From positions 45,074,001 through 45,138,000 of the forward strand of contig NC_042999.1 of NCBI RefSeq assembly GCF_006345805.1: 64,000 nt of DNA, read 5' to 3'. Source of the stretch: Octopus sinensis (lineage: Eukaryota). Shown here piece after piece: positions 24,852 to 37,315 of this stretch. A program made the position numbers and the translations under genes. Under the pieces are notes generated by a model, which saw only the letters and a list, made by a program, of their open reading frames with translations, was not told the DNA's origin and searched no databases. Every line of letters starts with the position of its first letter. Position 1 is the stretch's first letter.

Positions 24852-26980
24852 ATGAAAGATGATATTTCGGAATTTTGCAGAAAACTAAGACTCACCGAGG
24901 CATTTCAAGACAAACAAATAGAGGAGGACTCAATAGCTAGAAACAAGAGCAATTACACCCCCACCAAAGGTAAGAATAAAGCCTTAGACCGCTATTGTGA
25001 CTACATAACTAATTTCCCGTTTCAATTCTCAAGAAACAAAAACACAGCCCTAACTTCAACAAAAGAGAATGGAATGACCTCATCAAACTAAGAGAAGACA
25101 AAACAATAACAATTAAGGAGGCAGATAAGGGCACGCGATAGTAATAATGAATACAAACAATTATAAAAATTTAGTGCTATCCATATTAAGAGATGAAACG
25201 TATTATGAAAGGGCCCAACAGTATAACCAGCAAAAAATAATGCATAACCTTAGGACATTAATCAACACATACCAAGAAGGACTCACGAACAAGGAGTATG
25301 AATACATCACTAACTTCAAATGCAAATCGAGGTGTTCTATGGTATCCCTAAGGTACACAAAAGCCAAACCATTAGAGAAACGTGCAAACATCCACGACAC
25401 ACTCATCAAAATCCTTCACCAAATGATCTTAAACTAAGACCGATAATAGCAGGGCCAGCATGTGAAACTCACCGCCTCAGCAATTTCTTAGACACCTTAA
25501 ACCTTTCCTAAAACACATCAGAAGCTACGTAAGAGACGATATAGATATGCTCAACCACCTCCCTAAAACAGTCAATGAGAAAACCTTCTAGTATCATTCG
25601 ACGTAGTTAATCTTTATTCTAACATCCCTCAAACCTAGGAATAGAAGCAATCACCTTCTGGCTGAATAACTACCCCTTTGAACTCCCAACTCGCATAAAC
25701 AAAGACCTTATAATAGAAGGACTTAGATTCATTTTAGAGAACAATTATTTTATTTTTGACAATGATTTCTACAGGAAAGATCGGGAACAGCGATGGGCAC
25801 GCGTACTGCACCATCTTTTGCCAACCTAGTGATGGGATACCTCGAGAAAATACTATACCGGATGACACTCGAGAAATATGGAAACACCTTCGCCACCTAT
25901 ATCCATAACAACTGGAAAAGATACCTCGATGACTGTTTCATCATCTGGGACAAAGGCATAGAGAACTTGAGGAATTAAAAATTTATTAAATGGAATAAAT
26001 GACAATATACAATTCACGATGGACCACAACGAAAAAGAATTACCATTTTTAGACATCCTCATTAAGAAAACAGGCAACAAAATAGAGACAGATATCTACT
26101 ATAAACGACAGACTCTAACAGTACCTACCCTTTGATTCATGCCACCCACGACACACTAGAATGAATGTCCCTTTTTGTTTAGCTAGAAGGATTTGCACCA
26201 TAATATCAGACACAAACACCCGACACACAGTCTCCAGGAACTTAGAACCACACTCACAAATAGAAACTATCCACAGCCCCTAATAGACAGTGCAATCCAA
26301 CGGGTACTAAATTAGTATGAAGACCTGAGACTGAGACAAACAAACCAAAAAAGAAAGAACAATTAAAAACCCTTCCCTACATCTCTACACACAACCCACT
26401 CAACAATGAGGCCTTCAACACCATACTACAAAGCACAGCCCTACTAAAGGGAGACCAAAGATGAACCGGATCCTCGAAACACACACCATCATTAAAAGTA
26501 AACGGCAACCAAAATCCTTGAAAAGGATTTTAACCCAAGCTACACTGCACTCAACACATCAACCCAAACCAGCAGTTAGAAAATGTGGAAGGCCCAACTG
26601 CGGAATCTGTGTCATCTTGAAAGAAGGATCAGAATTTATACTGGAACAAGGCCACCAGTTCACCATTAGAACAAACTTCACCTGCGCATCAGAAAACTTA
26701 ATTTACATCATAACATGCGCAGGCTGCAATAGGCAGTATATAGGCCATACAAAAAATAGCTTACGTAACAGGATGGCGGTGCATAAATCACAAATTAGAA
26801 ACCCTGATTTACCGCAGCGGACACATAGATAGATGTGCTGGAAATGTAAATCCGAAATTTACAACTAACCCGCTCTATAAATTCAGTGACACGCGAACCT
26901 TCACACAACGCCAAAATAAAGAACTATATTTCATAAAAAATTTAGACACAAGTTTAAACACCCTGGGCCAGGAATACTAA
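24852..26980 (+). pseudogene. Penelope-like RT plus Cys-linker plus GIY-YIG endonuclease ORF, frameshifted
   Basis: FCRKLRLTEAF, KEADKG, LRPIIAGPACETHRLSNFLD, DVVNLYSNIP, GTAMGTRTAPSFANLVMG, WKRYLDDCFIIW, LPFLDI, CGRPNCGIC, LIYIITCAGCNRQYIG. The Cys-rich linker before GIY-YIG is characteristic of Neptune-group PLEs. Confidence 0.92.
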
Positions 26981-27150
26981 AACAAAAGATAAGTCCTCCG
27001 AAAAGGAGAACCAAATTTCACCACGGCGGCGCTACTTCAAAACAGACACTCACTCTGACGGAAATATGCCTTAGTAAAAAAGGAAAAAAATTCTTTCGTG
27101 CAAATCTGACCCTGATACATACGATACAGCTAAGGGTCAGACCCGATTCT

Positions 27151-27519
27151 GATTGGTCAACAAGTTGATGACGTCTAGCTCTGTTAGAATGGACAGGATA
27201 CAAACAGGGGACAGTCATTAGTCAGAATATTGATGACGTCCTTTTCTGCTTGAATAGTCACCTAACAAGTACAGACAGGGGGCAGATCTAATGTAGCTAT
27301 AAGTCGTGATTGGGCAGAATATGGATGACGTCCGCTATGCTTGACTAACGAAGCGACGGTCAAGACAGGAAACAAAACAAGAGGGAGTTATAATGCAGCG
27401 ATTGGTCAAAATAATGATGACGTCCCGTTCCACTTGGTTAAAGCCACCTAACGAAACGATTGGTCAAACATTGATGTCGTCACGCTACGCTAGATTGACC
27501 ACCTAACAGGCATTATAAA
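27151..27519 (+). promoter_or_regulatory. Five ATTGG-N13-GACGTC modules plus TATAAA in the Penelope terminal region
   Basis: Modules at about 27152, 27217, 27309, 27401 and 27459; TATAAA at 27514. Mirrored in the left copy at ~22410-22780. Confidence 0.55.
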
Positions 27520-27968
27520 ACCGAGCATTTCACAAAAACTCACTAGAACCACCCAGCGAACTTCCACCATGGGTCATCACAATTGCTTAAGGTAAAAATG
27601 AATTCTCGCTCTTTCGGAAACATCAATCTTCTGTATTGACCGCTTTCCACCACTTTGATCTGTTTTTTGTATTGAATACGTATTGCCACCGTGGGCCACT
27701 GCATCGAACACTTTGAACATATACTTCAAACTATATATCATAACAACTATACATGAACTATATATCAACTATACATGAACTCTAAGATGTCTGACTCCGT
27801 TGTGTATTATAAATGAATTTCTTGTGTTTGACGGCATGAGCTGTCTCTTTTATATATAACTTTTTTTGATAAGGTTCATTTCAGGAACGTGAAACTGTTA
27901 TAATGTATATATAAAAATTAAAAATTGTATAATACAGCAGCATTTTCGAACTTCATTTTTTACAAAGC

Positions 27969-28021
<53 letters not shown>

Positions 28022-28092
28022 TATATATACAATATAAATACATACTATATATGCATAAATACATGTACACACACAGATAGACATGTGTTATA

Positions 28093-28128
<36 letters not shown>

Positions 28129-28348
28129 TGTTAAGTATATATATAATGAAATTAATATTAATTCTTGAAAATTCATGTTTGCCCAACATTATCAAGGCTA
28201 TCCAAAATTAATGAAATTTCAACTGAACATCTGAAAAATTACCAGTAATAAATGCTAAAAAAAGAACACCTAAATTGAATTCAACCGAAAGCATTCCTTC
28301 ATCTAACTAATAGTGACGTCACTGGATAGCAAAAATGTTACACACACA

Positions 28349-28384
<36 letters not shown>

Positions 28385-28401
28385 CATGCACTTACACACA
28401 C

Positions 28402-28440
<39 letters not shown>

Positions 28441-28485
28441 CACACGCACGCACACATATGTACCCATATGCACACATAACAGGCT

Positions 28486-28640
28486 TCTCTTAGTTTCCAT
28501 CAACTAAAATCCGCTCGAACGGGTTTGCCTGGCTCGGCGTTATAGTAGAAGATGCTTGCCCAGGTGCTGTGCAGCAGGACTGAACCTAGGACCATTTGGT
28601 TGGGAACTAAGCCTCTTACTTATGCAACTATGCTTGCACC
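28486..28640 (-). mobile_element. Degenerate SINE family A head
   Basis: tatagtagaagatgcttgcccaggtg...ggactgaacc. Confidence 0.65.
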
Positions 28641-28707
28641 TGACTATAAGATACAAAAAAAAAAAAACAAATATTATTTCTACACCACACTGGTTGTTTT
28701 ATAATGC

Positions 28708-28715
28708 CATCATCA

Positions 28716-28757
<42 letters not shown>

Positions 28758-28760
28758 TCG

Positions 28761-28804
<44 letters not shown>

Positions 28805-30005
28805 GTCATCATCATGGTCATCGTCGTTGTCCTCATCATTTTATGTTTTAATGCTGGGCTCTCAAACTCTACTCTACCCTTTCAGGTTGTCCATCATAAT
28901 AGATCTATTGTTTCCCTTAGGTCACTCTTTTATTGTCATTCATCACTTCCTTATCACTATTTCAACTATTCCTCAATAGTACTCTCTCACTCTCTTTCTT
29001 TCTCTCATTCTCTCTCTGTCTCTCCTCTCTCTGTCTCTCTTTCTCTCTTACCAACTACATTTTAGCTGCCACTCTCTTTTCCTTAGGTCATTCATTATTA
29101 ACATCCATCATATTCCCCTATCACTGACCATTTCTACAACTATCCATCATTTGTTCTATCTTTTACAAGTAAATATGTACCTACCATTAGTGTCTCCTAT
29201 ATTACTCTCTGCCATTACTCACTCTCTTTCTCTCTCATTATATTCTACCCTCACTACCTCTCTTTCATTACACTTTTCAATATTATCTCTCCCGTTTCTT
29301 CCTCTGCTTTCATATTGTCAACCCAATCTCTGTTTCCTCCTCCTTTCTTTCATTCTTTTTCCTTTTCATCTTAGTTTTATCTTAGCTTTATCTTCTTGCA
29401 ATCACTTTTCCTTTGTTGGTTTCATTGCCCTCAATGAGTGGAAATGATATAGAATAGTAAGGTCTCTTTTATTTCGTAGGATATAAATCAATTCCATTAG
29501 AAGTGGACCTACAACAAAATAATGCACCCTCTGTCTTCTGTGAAGCTACTGGGAGGTTAAGGAGGGCAGGCTGTCCATAGAAGCCATACTAAAACAGAAC
29601 ATATAAGTGAGACCCGATTCCCTCAACTGCTCATCGATAAGGGCTTGGGCTGTGATGACGCGGCCGATTCATGCCAGCATGGAAAGCAGATGTAAAAATG
29701 ATGATGACGGTGAGATGATGATGACGATGACGACGACGATGATGATGGTGATGATGATGATGATGATCATCATCATCATCAATATCCTCCTCCTCATCAT
29801 CATCATCATCAATATCTCCTCATCATCATCATCACATTTGTTGTCACTGTTTTCATTGCATCACCATTACTATGACCAAACAACATTCCTTCCAAATACC
29901 AACACCACCAAATACCACTGCTACTGTCACCACCACCACTACCACCACCACCACCACCACCACCACCACCACCAACAACAAACAACACAACAACAACACA
30001 ACAAA
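28708..30005. repeat. (CAT/CGT)n, CT-rich and (CAC)n low-complexity cluster
   Basis: Direct reading. Confidence 0.85.
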
Positions 30006-30634
30006 ACAATATAAAATATATTTCTTTTGATGGCTAGATGACGTTGGTGCATTAGCTACCTTCATCTTCTTCTTCTTCTCCTTCTTTTCTCTCTCTCTCT
30101 CTCTCTTTCTGTCCATTTACCATCCATTCCACTTATTTACCATTTGGCCCACGAAAAGTCAAAAAGCAGATAGACACACAGACAAACACACACACACACA
30201 ACAAATTCACAGACTCAGACAGACAGACACACACACACACACACACAGCAAGACTGACTGTACATTGTAAGCTGTGCTTTTGACATTTGATGTGATAATC
30301 AAAACTTATGTATTATTAATTATATGTATTATATTTAATTTAGTCTTCAGTTAACACTTAGTTCCATGTAATTCATTTTAAGTAGATTTCCATGTCAGAA
30401 GTTTTTCTTATGTTTCTGGATATTCCCAGCCAACATTGCTGTAGAAATGTTTCGTTGGTGTCTTTTCTTCGTAAAAGATTGATTGATTCGTTGATGTGAT
30501 CTACTTTTTATTGTATGGTTTCTGTATCACAATGTCTTGGTAGGACAAATAATCTGATAGAGAGAGAGAATCAAAGAGACTGAGGCAGACATCGATAAAA
30601 ATGAGACGTGGGTGAAAGAATTGGGTGGATGCGT

Positions 30635-32055
30635 GGTATGCGTGTGTGTGTGTATGTGTGTGTGTGTGTGTGTGTTGTGTGTGTGTGTGGTTAAGTGTTT
30701 GTGTTTGAGTGTCTGTGTGTTTGTGCATGTGTATGTGTGTTTGTGTGTGTGAGCATGTATGTATGACTGTGTGTTTGTAAGTGTATGTGTATGTATTTGT
30801 GTGTGTGTTTGTGTGTATGTATCTATGTATGTATGAGTGCTTCTGTGTGTATATGTGTATGTGTGTTTATGTGTTTCTGTGTGTATGCGCATGTGTGACA
30901 GTGTGTTTGTAAGTATATATGTGTGTATGTGTATGTGTGTGTGTTGTGTGTGTTTAAGAAATAACGATAAAGTATTGAAATATTGAGGCAAAGTGTGTGT
31001 GGGTGAGAGAGAGAGATAGAGAGAGAGAGAGAGTGTGTCTGTGCATTTGTGTGCCTGAGTGTGGGTGTATGTGTGTGTGTGTTTGAGTATTCGTGTGTGT
31101 GTGTGTATATACATAGGTATGTATGCATGTATGAGTGTATGAGTGTTTGTGTGTTTAAGTGTGGGTGTTTAAGTGAGTGTATGTGTGTATGTGTGTGTGT
31201 TTGAGTGTATTTGTGTGTGTGTGTTTGTGCGTGTGTGCCTGTGTTTGTGTTTCTGTATGTGTGTGCTTGAGTGTGGATGTTTTAGTATGTGTGTATGCAT
31301 GTGTTTGAGTGTGTGTGTATGAGTGTGTTTGAATGTATGTGTGTGTGTATGTTTGAATGTTTGAGTATGTATTTATGTATGTATGTATGTATGATTGTTA
31401 GTGTGTTTGTATGTGTATGTATGTGTTTGTGTGTAAGTTTATGTATGTGTTTATGTGTGCTTAAGAAAAGATGATAAAGATGTATCGAAATATTGAGGCA
31501 AAGTGTGGGTGAGAGAGAGAGAGAGTGTGTGTTTGTGCATGTGTGTGCTTGAGTGTGGGTGTTTAAGTGTGTGTATGTGTTTGTTTGAGTGTATGTGCAT
31601 TTGAGCGTATATGTGTGTGAGTGTATTTGTGTGTGTGTGTGTGTGTGTGTCCCTGTTACAGAAATAATGATAAAAACAAAGAAATTTTGAGGGAGATAGA
31701 GAGAGAGAGAGATAGACAGACAGAAAAGAAGTGAAGAGAAATAATGTGAGTGTATGTGTGTGTGTGTTTATATAGGTGTGTGTGTATGTGTGCATGTATG
31801 TATGTGTATATGTGTGTGGGTGGTTTTGTTTGTGTGTATGTGTTTTGGAGAGAGGGGGAGGGAAAATAGAGTGGAAGTGACATGGAAAGAGAAAGTAAGG
31901 AGAAAGTCAGAAATATTGATGGATATGGACTGAAAAGAATCTCTGTGTGTGTGTGTGTATGTGTGTGTGTGTGCGTGTGTGTGTGCGTATGTTCGTATGT
32001 GTGTGTGTGTGCTCATCTGTTCCTCTGTGTGTGTTTGTGTGTGTCTGTGGGTATG

Positions 32056-32099
<44 letters not shown>

Positions 32100-32500
32100 T
32101 ATGTGTGCGTGTGTGTGTGCTCATATGTTCCTGTGTGTGTGTGTTTGTGTGTGTCTGTGCCTGCATGTGTTTCTCTGTGTGTGTGTGTGTGAGTGTGTGT
32201 GTGGAAAAGAGATGAAACTGGAATGTCAGAGAAATGTGTCTTAGAAAGAAAGATAAAAAAACCAGAAAGATGGCTGGTAGAAGAAGACTGTAAGTATTAG
32301 AGAAAGCAATAACGAGAAATTCATTTACACACACACACATACACACGCACTCATGTGTGTGCCTACATGTACATGCAGATGAGAGAGAGTGTGTGCGATA
32401 GAAAAATAAAGATTAAGGTTGACATGTATGCATATATACATACTTATACACGCACACGCACACACATATCTACTATAGCTTCTATATATGAATATATGTA

Positions 32501-32596
<96 letters not shown>

Positions 32597-32712
32597 TTTA
32601 TATATATACATTCATATACATACATATATATGCATATATATATATATGTATATGTATATGTATATGTATGTATGTATGTGTATATATATATAATATATAT
32701 ATATATACATAC

Positions 32713-32754
<42 letters not shown>

Positions 32755-33071
32755 GTATCTATCTATATCTATATATATATATGCATCTATCTATAAATAT
32801 ATATATATATATATTTACATATATATAGATATGCATCTATATATATATATACATATACATGTATATGTATGTATATATATATATATTATATGCATACATA
32901 TATCTATCCATCTATCTATCTATCTATCTATATATATATTATATATATATATATATGTATATAGATATATATATATATGTATATAAATATATAGATATAC
33001 ATATATATATATACATATACAAACACATGCACACACACACACACACACACATACATACATGAGATGAGTAT

Positions 33072-33120
<49 letters not shown>
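30635..33120. repeat. Long compound (TG)n/(TA)n/(GA)n microsatellite domain
   Basis: About 2.5 kb. An old internal duplication is marked by aaatattgaggcaaagtgtg at ~30978 and ~31488. Confidence 0.9.
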
Positions 33121-34073
33121 TGTCTTTTTCATGTAAATGAAGTAATTTCTCTTAATTTTTCCTTCTTCATCAGAATGAAAATATATTTAATAACTGAGAG
33201 AGACTGGTATGTTGAGTTGTGGATTTTGATTACAAAATCAGAAATAATTCTTTGATATTATTCTTACATTTCTTTGATATTTCCAGAACACCTTTACGCA
33301 ATGATTGCTTATGATTTTTAATAAATTTTAATCAATCACTATAATATATCTTTGATCTTTAAGTGTTCTTCTCACGGCTTTTGTAAATTTCGAGAGATTA
33401 TGAACCTGAGAATGTAGGACTATTAACAGCTAAGCACATTAACCTAGACAGATTTTCTTAAGATGAAGAATATGATAGAATTTCTCTTCAGCTTCTGTCT
33501 TTGACTGAACAAAAATGGGATGTTGATATGTAGATCTAATGTTAGAAATAATTGTAACAGTAAGCTTCAAATTCCAATTGAAAATTCTTCACAGCTTTAT
33601 GAATTATAAATATGGGTGCTACCAAAGTTGTGTAGTGAAGAAGTTAACTTTGTAACAACTTGGTTTTCAAGTTCTACCACACTTGTATCTTGAGCAATTG
33701 TCTTTGGATAACCAATGCTTTACATGTGGAATTGGTAAATGGAAACAGTATGAAAGGCCATTCATCATCGTCATCATCATTCTAACATCCACCTTTTCAT
33801 GCTTATAAGGGTCAGATGGAGTTTATTGAGGCAGAGGTTTTATAAGTTGATGCCCTTCCTGTCACTGACCCTCACCTGTTTATTTCCCCATAGCTTGCCA
33901 TGTTCTTGAGGATAGTGGAAATGAATGTCAAGGCTTGTATGACAGCAACAAACATTTTATAAATATCAGGCAATGCCGAGACAAAGAGACACAAGCCTAT
34001 ACACACCCATACTCAGATTTAATTACACATTTTTCAATGCTTCATCATTTGCATTCTAATTTTATATATATAT

Positions 34074-34110
<37 letters not shown>

Positions 34111-34125
34111 TTAAGTAAAAATTTA

Positions 34126-34298
34126 GATTCAGTTGAATTTGGTACTTAAGTTAAAGGCACCAGAATTTGGTATGGTATTATCCATATAATTCAAAATGGG
34201 GTGATTACAATCAAAATAAGCAGCAAGGATATCCAGAGGTAATGCATGAAACAATCGTACTGCATTATCTCTGGATATCCTTGTTGCTTATTTTGATT
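34126..34298. mobile_element. Asymmetric Penelope-terminus hairpin
   Basis: 34209-34246 pairs with 34261-34298. The spacer tgaaacaatcgtac is the 3' half of a hammerhead motif. Homologous to 4315-4540. Confidence 0.75.
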
Positions 34299-34308
34299 AT
34301 ATATTTAA

Positions 34309-34338
<30 letters not shown>

Positions 34339-34350
<12 letters not shown>

Positions 34351-34724
34351 TTAGAGACAAAACCACTATTATGCAAATCAAACAAAGAAAGACTTAATCC
34401 AATACATAAAAAATTTTATATAATTAAATATAATTAAGATTAATTAAGATATCCACTACGATCGTTTCTTGTCACTTCAATGGACATTCATACCTGATGA
34501 ATGTCTATTGAAGTGACAAGAAACGATTGTAGTGGATATCTTAATTAATCTTAATTATATTTAATTTATATAAAATTTCTTATGTATGGGATTAAGTCTT
34601 TCTTTGTTTGATTTGCATAATAGTGGTTTTGTCTCTAATTAATATTATATTATATTTTACTATAAAATTGGATTCAATCCTAAATCTGATTTTTCCCTGT
34701 AAATTTGGATTTATTCCCTAATAT

Positions 34725-34735
<11 letters not shown>
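34339..34735. mobile_element. Penelope-terminus hairpin (~153-bp arms) plus tail
   Basis: 34339-34491 pairs with 34497-34650, with a 5-nt loop. The right arm continues ~85 nt. (TA)n flanks. A fragment of the same family lies at 21850-21897. Confidence 0.8.
34491..34534 (+). ncRNA. Minimal type I hammerhead motif
   Basis: tac CTGATGA a tgtc tattgaagt gaca a GAAA cgattgT A gtg. The opposite arm preserves the palindromic ACGATCGT. Confidence 0.6.
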
Positions 34736-34755
<20 letters not shown>

Positions 34756-34765
34756 TATATATACT

Positions 34766-34807
<42 letters not shown>

Positions 34808-35150
34808 ATATTTAGGATAGTTGAAATGTTGTCAGACATTCAACTGCTAAAGGCAAATAAAATACACTACAGTTACTGTGGAGAAAAATCTCTCTTGAGG
34901 TAAAAAGGTGTGAAAACATCAGTCGGTTCAGTGTCGCCATCTGTTAGGAATCTCAGACATCGATGTTTCAAACTATGTGACAAACATATTTTAATTAACC
35001 TAAACTGTTATCAAACCTAACCACTGTTTTGTGCCAATGCTTCGTAATTTATCTCGATCAGGTAATCTACTAGCACAAATCAGTTACATGACTGAATTAT
35101 ATATAAAACTACAAACTTTATTTAGTTTGTTCAGAGTTGCATATTTTAGA

Positions 35151-35567
35151 AGGCGGCGAGCTGGCAGAAACGTTAGCATGCTGGGCGAAATGCTTAGCAG
35201 TATTTCGTCTGCCGTTACGTTCTGAGTTCAAATTCCGCCAAGGTCGACTTTGCCTTTCATCCTTTCGGGGTCGATTAAATAAGTACCAGTTATGCACTGG
35301 GTTCGATATAATCGACTTAATCCGTTTGTCTGTCCTTGTTTATCCACTCTATGTTTAGCCCCTTGTGGGCGAAATAAGAAATATTAGGTGAAATGCTTAG
35401 TGCTATTTCGTCTGTCTTTATTTTCTGAGTTCAAATTCCGCAGAGGTCGACTTTTCCTTTCATCCTTTTGGGGTTGATAAACTAAGTACCAGTTGTGTAC
35501 TGAGGTTGATCTAATCGACTGGTCCCCTCCCCTAAAATTTTGGGCTTTGTGCCTTGAGTAGAAAAGA
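35151..35567 (+). mobile_element. SINE family C dimer
   Basis: A full monomer ggcggcgagctggcagaaacg...gagttcaaattcc...cctttcggggtcgat, then a second monomer lacking the A box. Confidence 0.8.
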
Positions 35568-36069
35568 GTTTCATCTCGTTTGGCTGCTGCTTGTTTGTGA
35601 ACTCGATTTGCATTATTCCCATGTTTTCTTGTTATTGCACTAGTTTTTGTTAAAATTTAAACTGTTATCAATTTGTTAACTGTAATTTTCACCTGCGAGG
35701 CAGAAAATCGTGAATTTTTGTTATTGGAAAAAAATTACTTTTGAACTCTGTGTTTTTTACCCTTACAGGGTATAAAAATATCATTTTTATCATTTTTTGG
35801 CAAAAGTTATTTTTTATAAAAAAGAAATTATTTTTTGTAAAAGAAAAATTCTTTCAATTCCTTTTGAAGGAGTTCATTTTGTAATGGAATTTAGCGTCAT
35901 GTCGAGGAAAGATTTCCCAGAGATGAAGGAGGCACCAGAAAAGCTCTTAGCGCAAAGCAAGTGTCTGGAGAGAAATCCAGTTTTCGGCTGCCGTAGACAG
36001 GAATATGAGAGAGATAGAGGTAACAATGATGGAATTATTTAAATATCGAAATTTAGGGATGAAAAACGG

Positions 36070-37297
36070 AAATGATGCAAAATTACTACCCTGCAGGAAA
36101 TTGTTCAGAATTTAGTGGGGAAAACGGTAGTTTACAAAAAGTATAACGTAAAAGAAAAAAGGATTATGACTCGCAAAAGTAAAATAATTGAAAGGTTTTT
36201 GGCCCCAATTTGAAACAAGATTGTATATGTCGGACAAAGAGCGTCATGGTGGAGGCGCAGTTCGTTAACGAGAACGAGTGAAGGAGTTATCCACAAGGAC
36301 TTTAAAAAACGAGGAGATAATCTTACTACCCACGTATTTGGGTAGACGAAATGCAAAAATTACAGTAGAAGAGATATCAGTGGGGCACGATGTAATCTGG
36401 ATAGCAGCCGCCATAACATATGATATGGAGGAGAAAATGGCGATATTGCAGAAGAAGGAGACAGAAAATTGGAAGGGGCAGATCCTTGAGATCGTGGTCC
36501 AGGCTTCGCCTGAAGTATTGGAAATGATGCCCAATAAGGTATTTATAGGGGAGGGGCTCAGTGTGAGAGTTGCAGTTGAAGGGCGTAGGCCACGCTGCTT
36601 TAAGTGTGGTGAAAAGGGCCACGTCTGCTCTCAATGCGAGACAAAAAAACGTGTGAAGCCCCTCCTCAAAAAGAACCGCAAGTAAAGGGTGAAAAAGAGA
36701 GACAAACAGAAAGGATAGAAAAGGCAGTAGAAGAAACAAAAAGACAAGAAGGGAAACAAAAACAAAAACACAAGGGAAGACACAAAACAAGGAGGAGAAC
36801 AAGAAAAAACAGAAGACAACTTCTGTAACAAGAAGAAATTGATTTTAACATGGTTACATCCCACAAGAGGAAAAAAGCCCAAGCCCTGGACTCCCCTCTC
36901 CATACAAAGAATACAAGCAAGCATACTACAGACACACACAGAAAAACCTCCCCACACCATTCCCTTGTTAAAACCCTTTACCAAACACCACCCCAAGACG
37001 CAAGAAAAAATTATATCTTTCAATGAAAGAAATGATGTGTTATCAACAATAATCAGAGTTCACTACAAAGCCCAGGTATATAAAGTAACAATGGACATGC
37101 CACCTCACATCTGCGTTGCGAAGATGGAGGTGGGGTACTATTCAACGAACTAAGAGGGAGATATCCCAATTGTATAAAAGATGTTAGCCAGGAGATGGCC
37201 GGGAAAACCTTCATGGCCAGTCCAGTGGCTACACCACAGAAGGAAAAGGATGGGGAGGAAGCTGAATTCGTGCAGCCCCTGCTCAAATTTAAAATGT
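36070..37297 (+). pseudogene. LINE ORF1 (gag-like CCHC knuckle), disrupted
   Basis: GRRPRCFKCGEKGHVCSQC (C-x2-C-x4-H-x4-C) followed by a charged low-complexity tail, directly upstream of ORF2. Confidence 0.75.
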
Positions 37298-37315
37298 AAG
37301 TAAGCCTTTTTTAAA

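Larger units (their letters stand above)
24807..27968 (+). mobile_element. Penelope-like element (Neptune-type), right copy, 5'-truncated
   Basis: ORF remnants followed by ~1 kb of 3' terminal region; ends at (TA)n. Confidence 0.92.
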
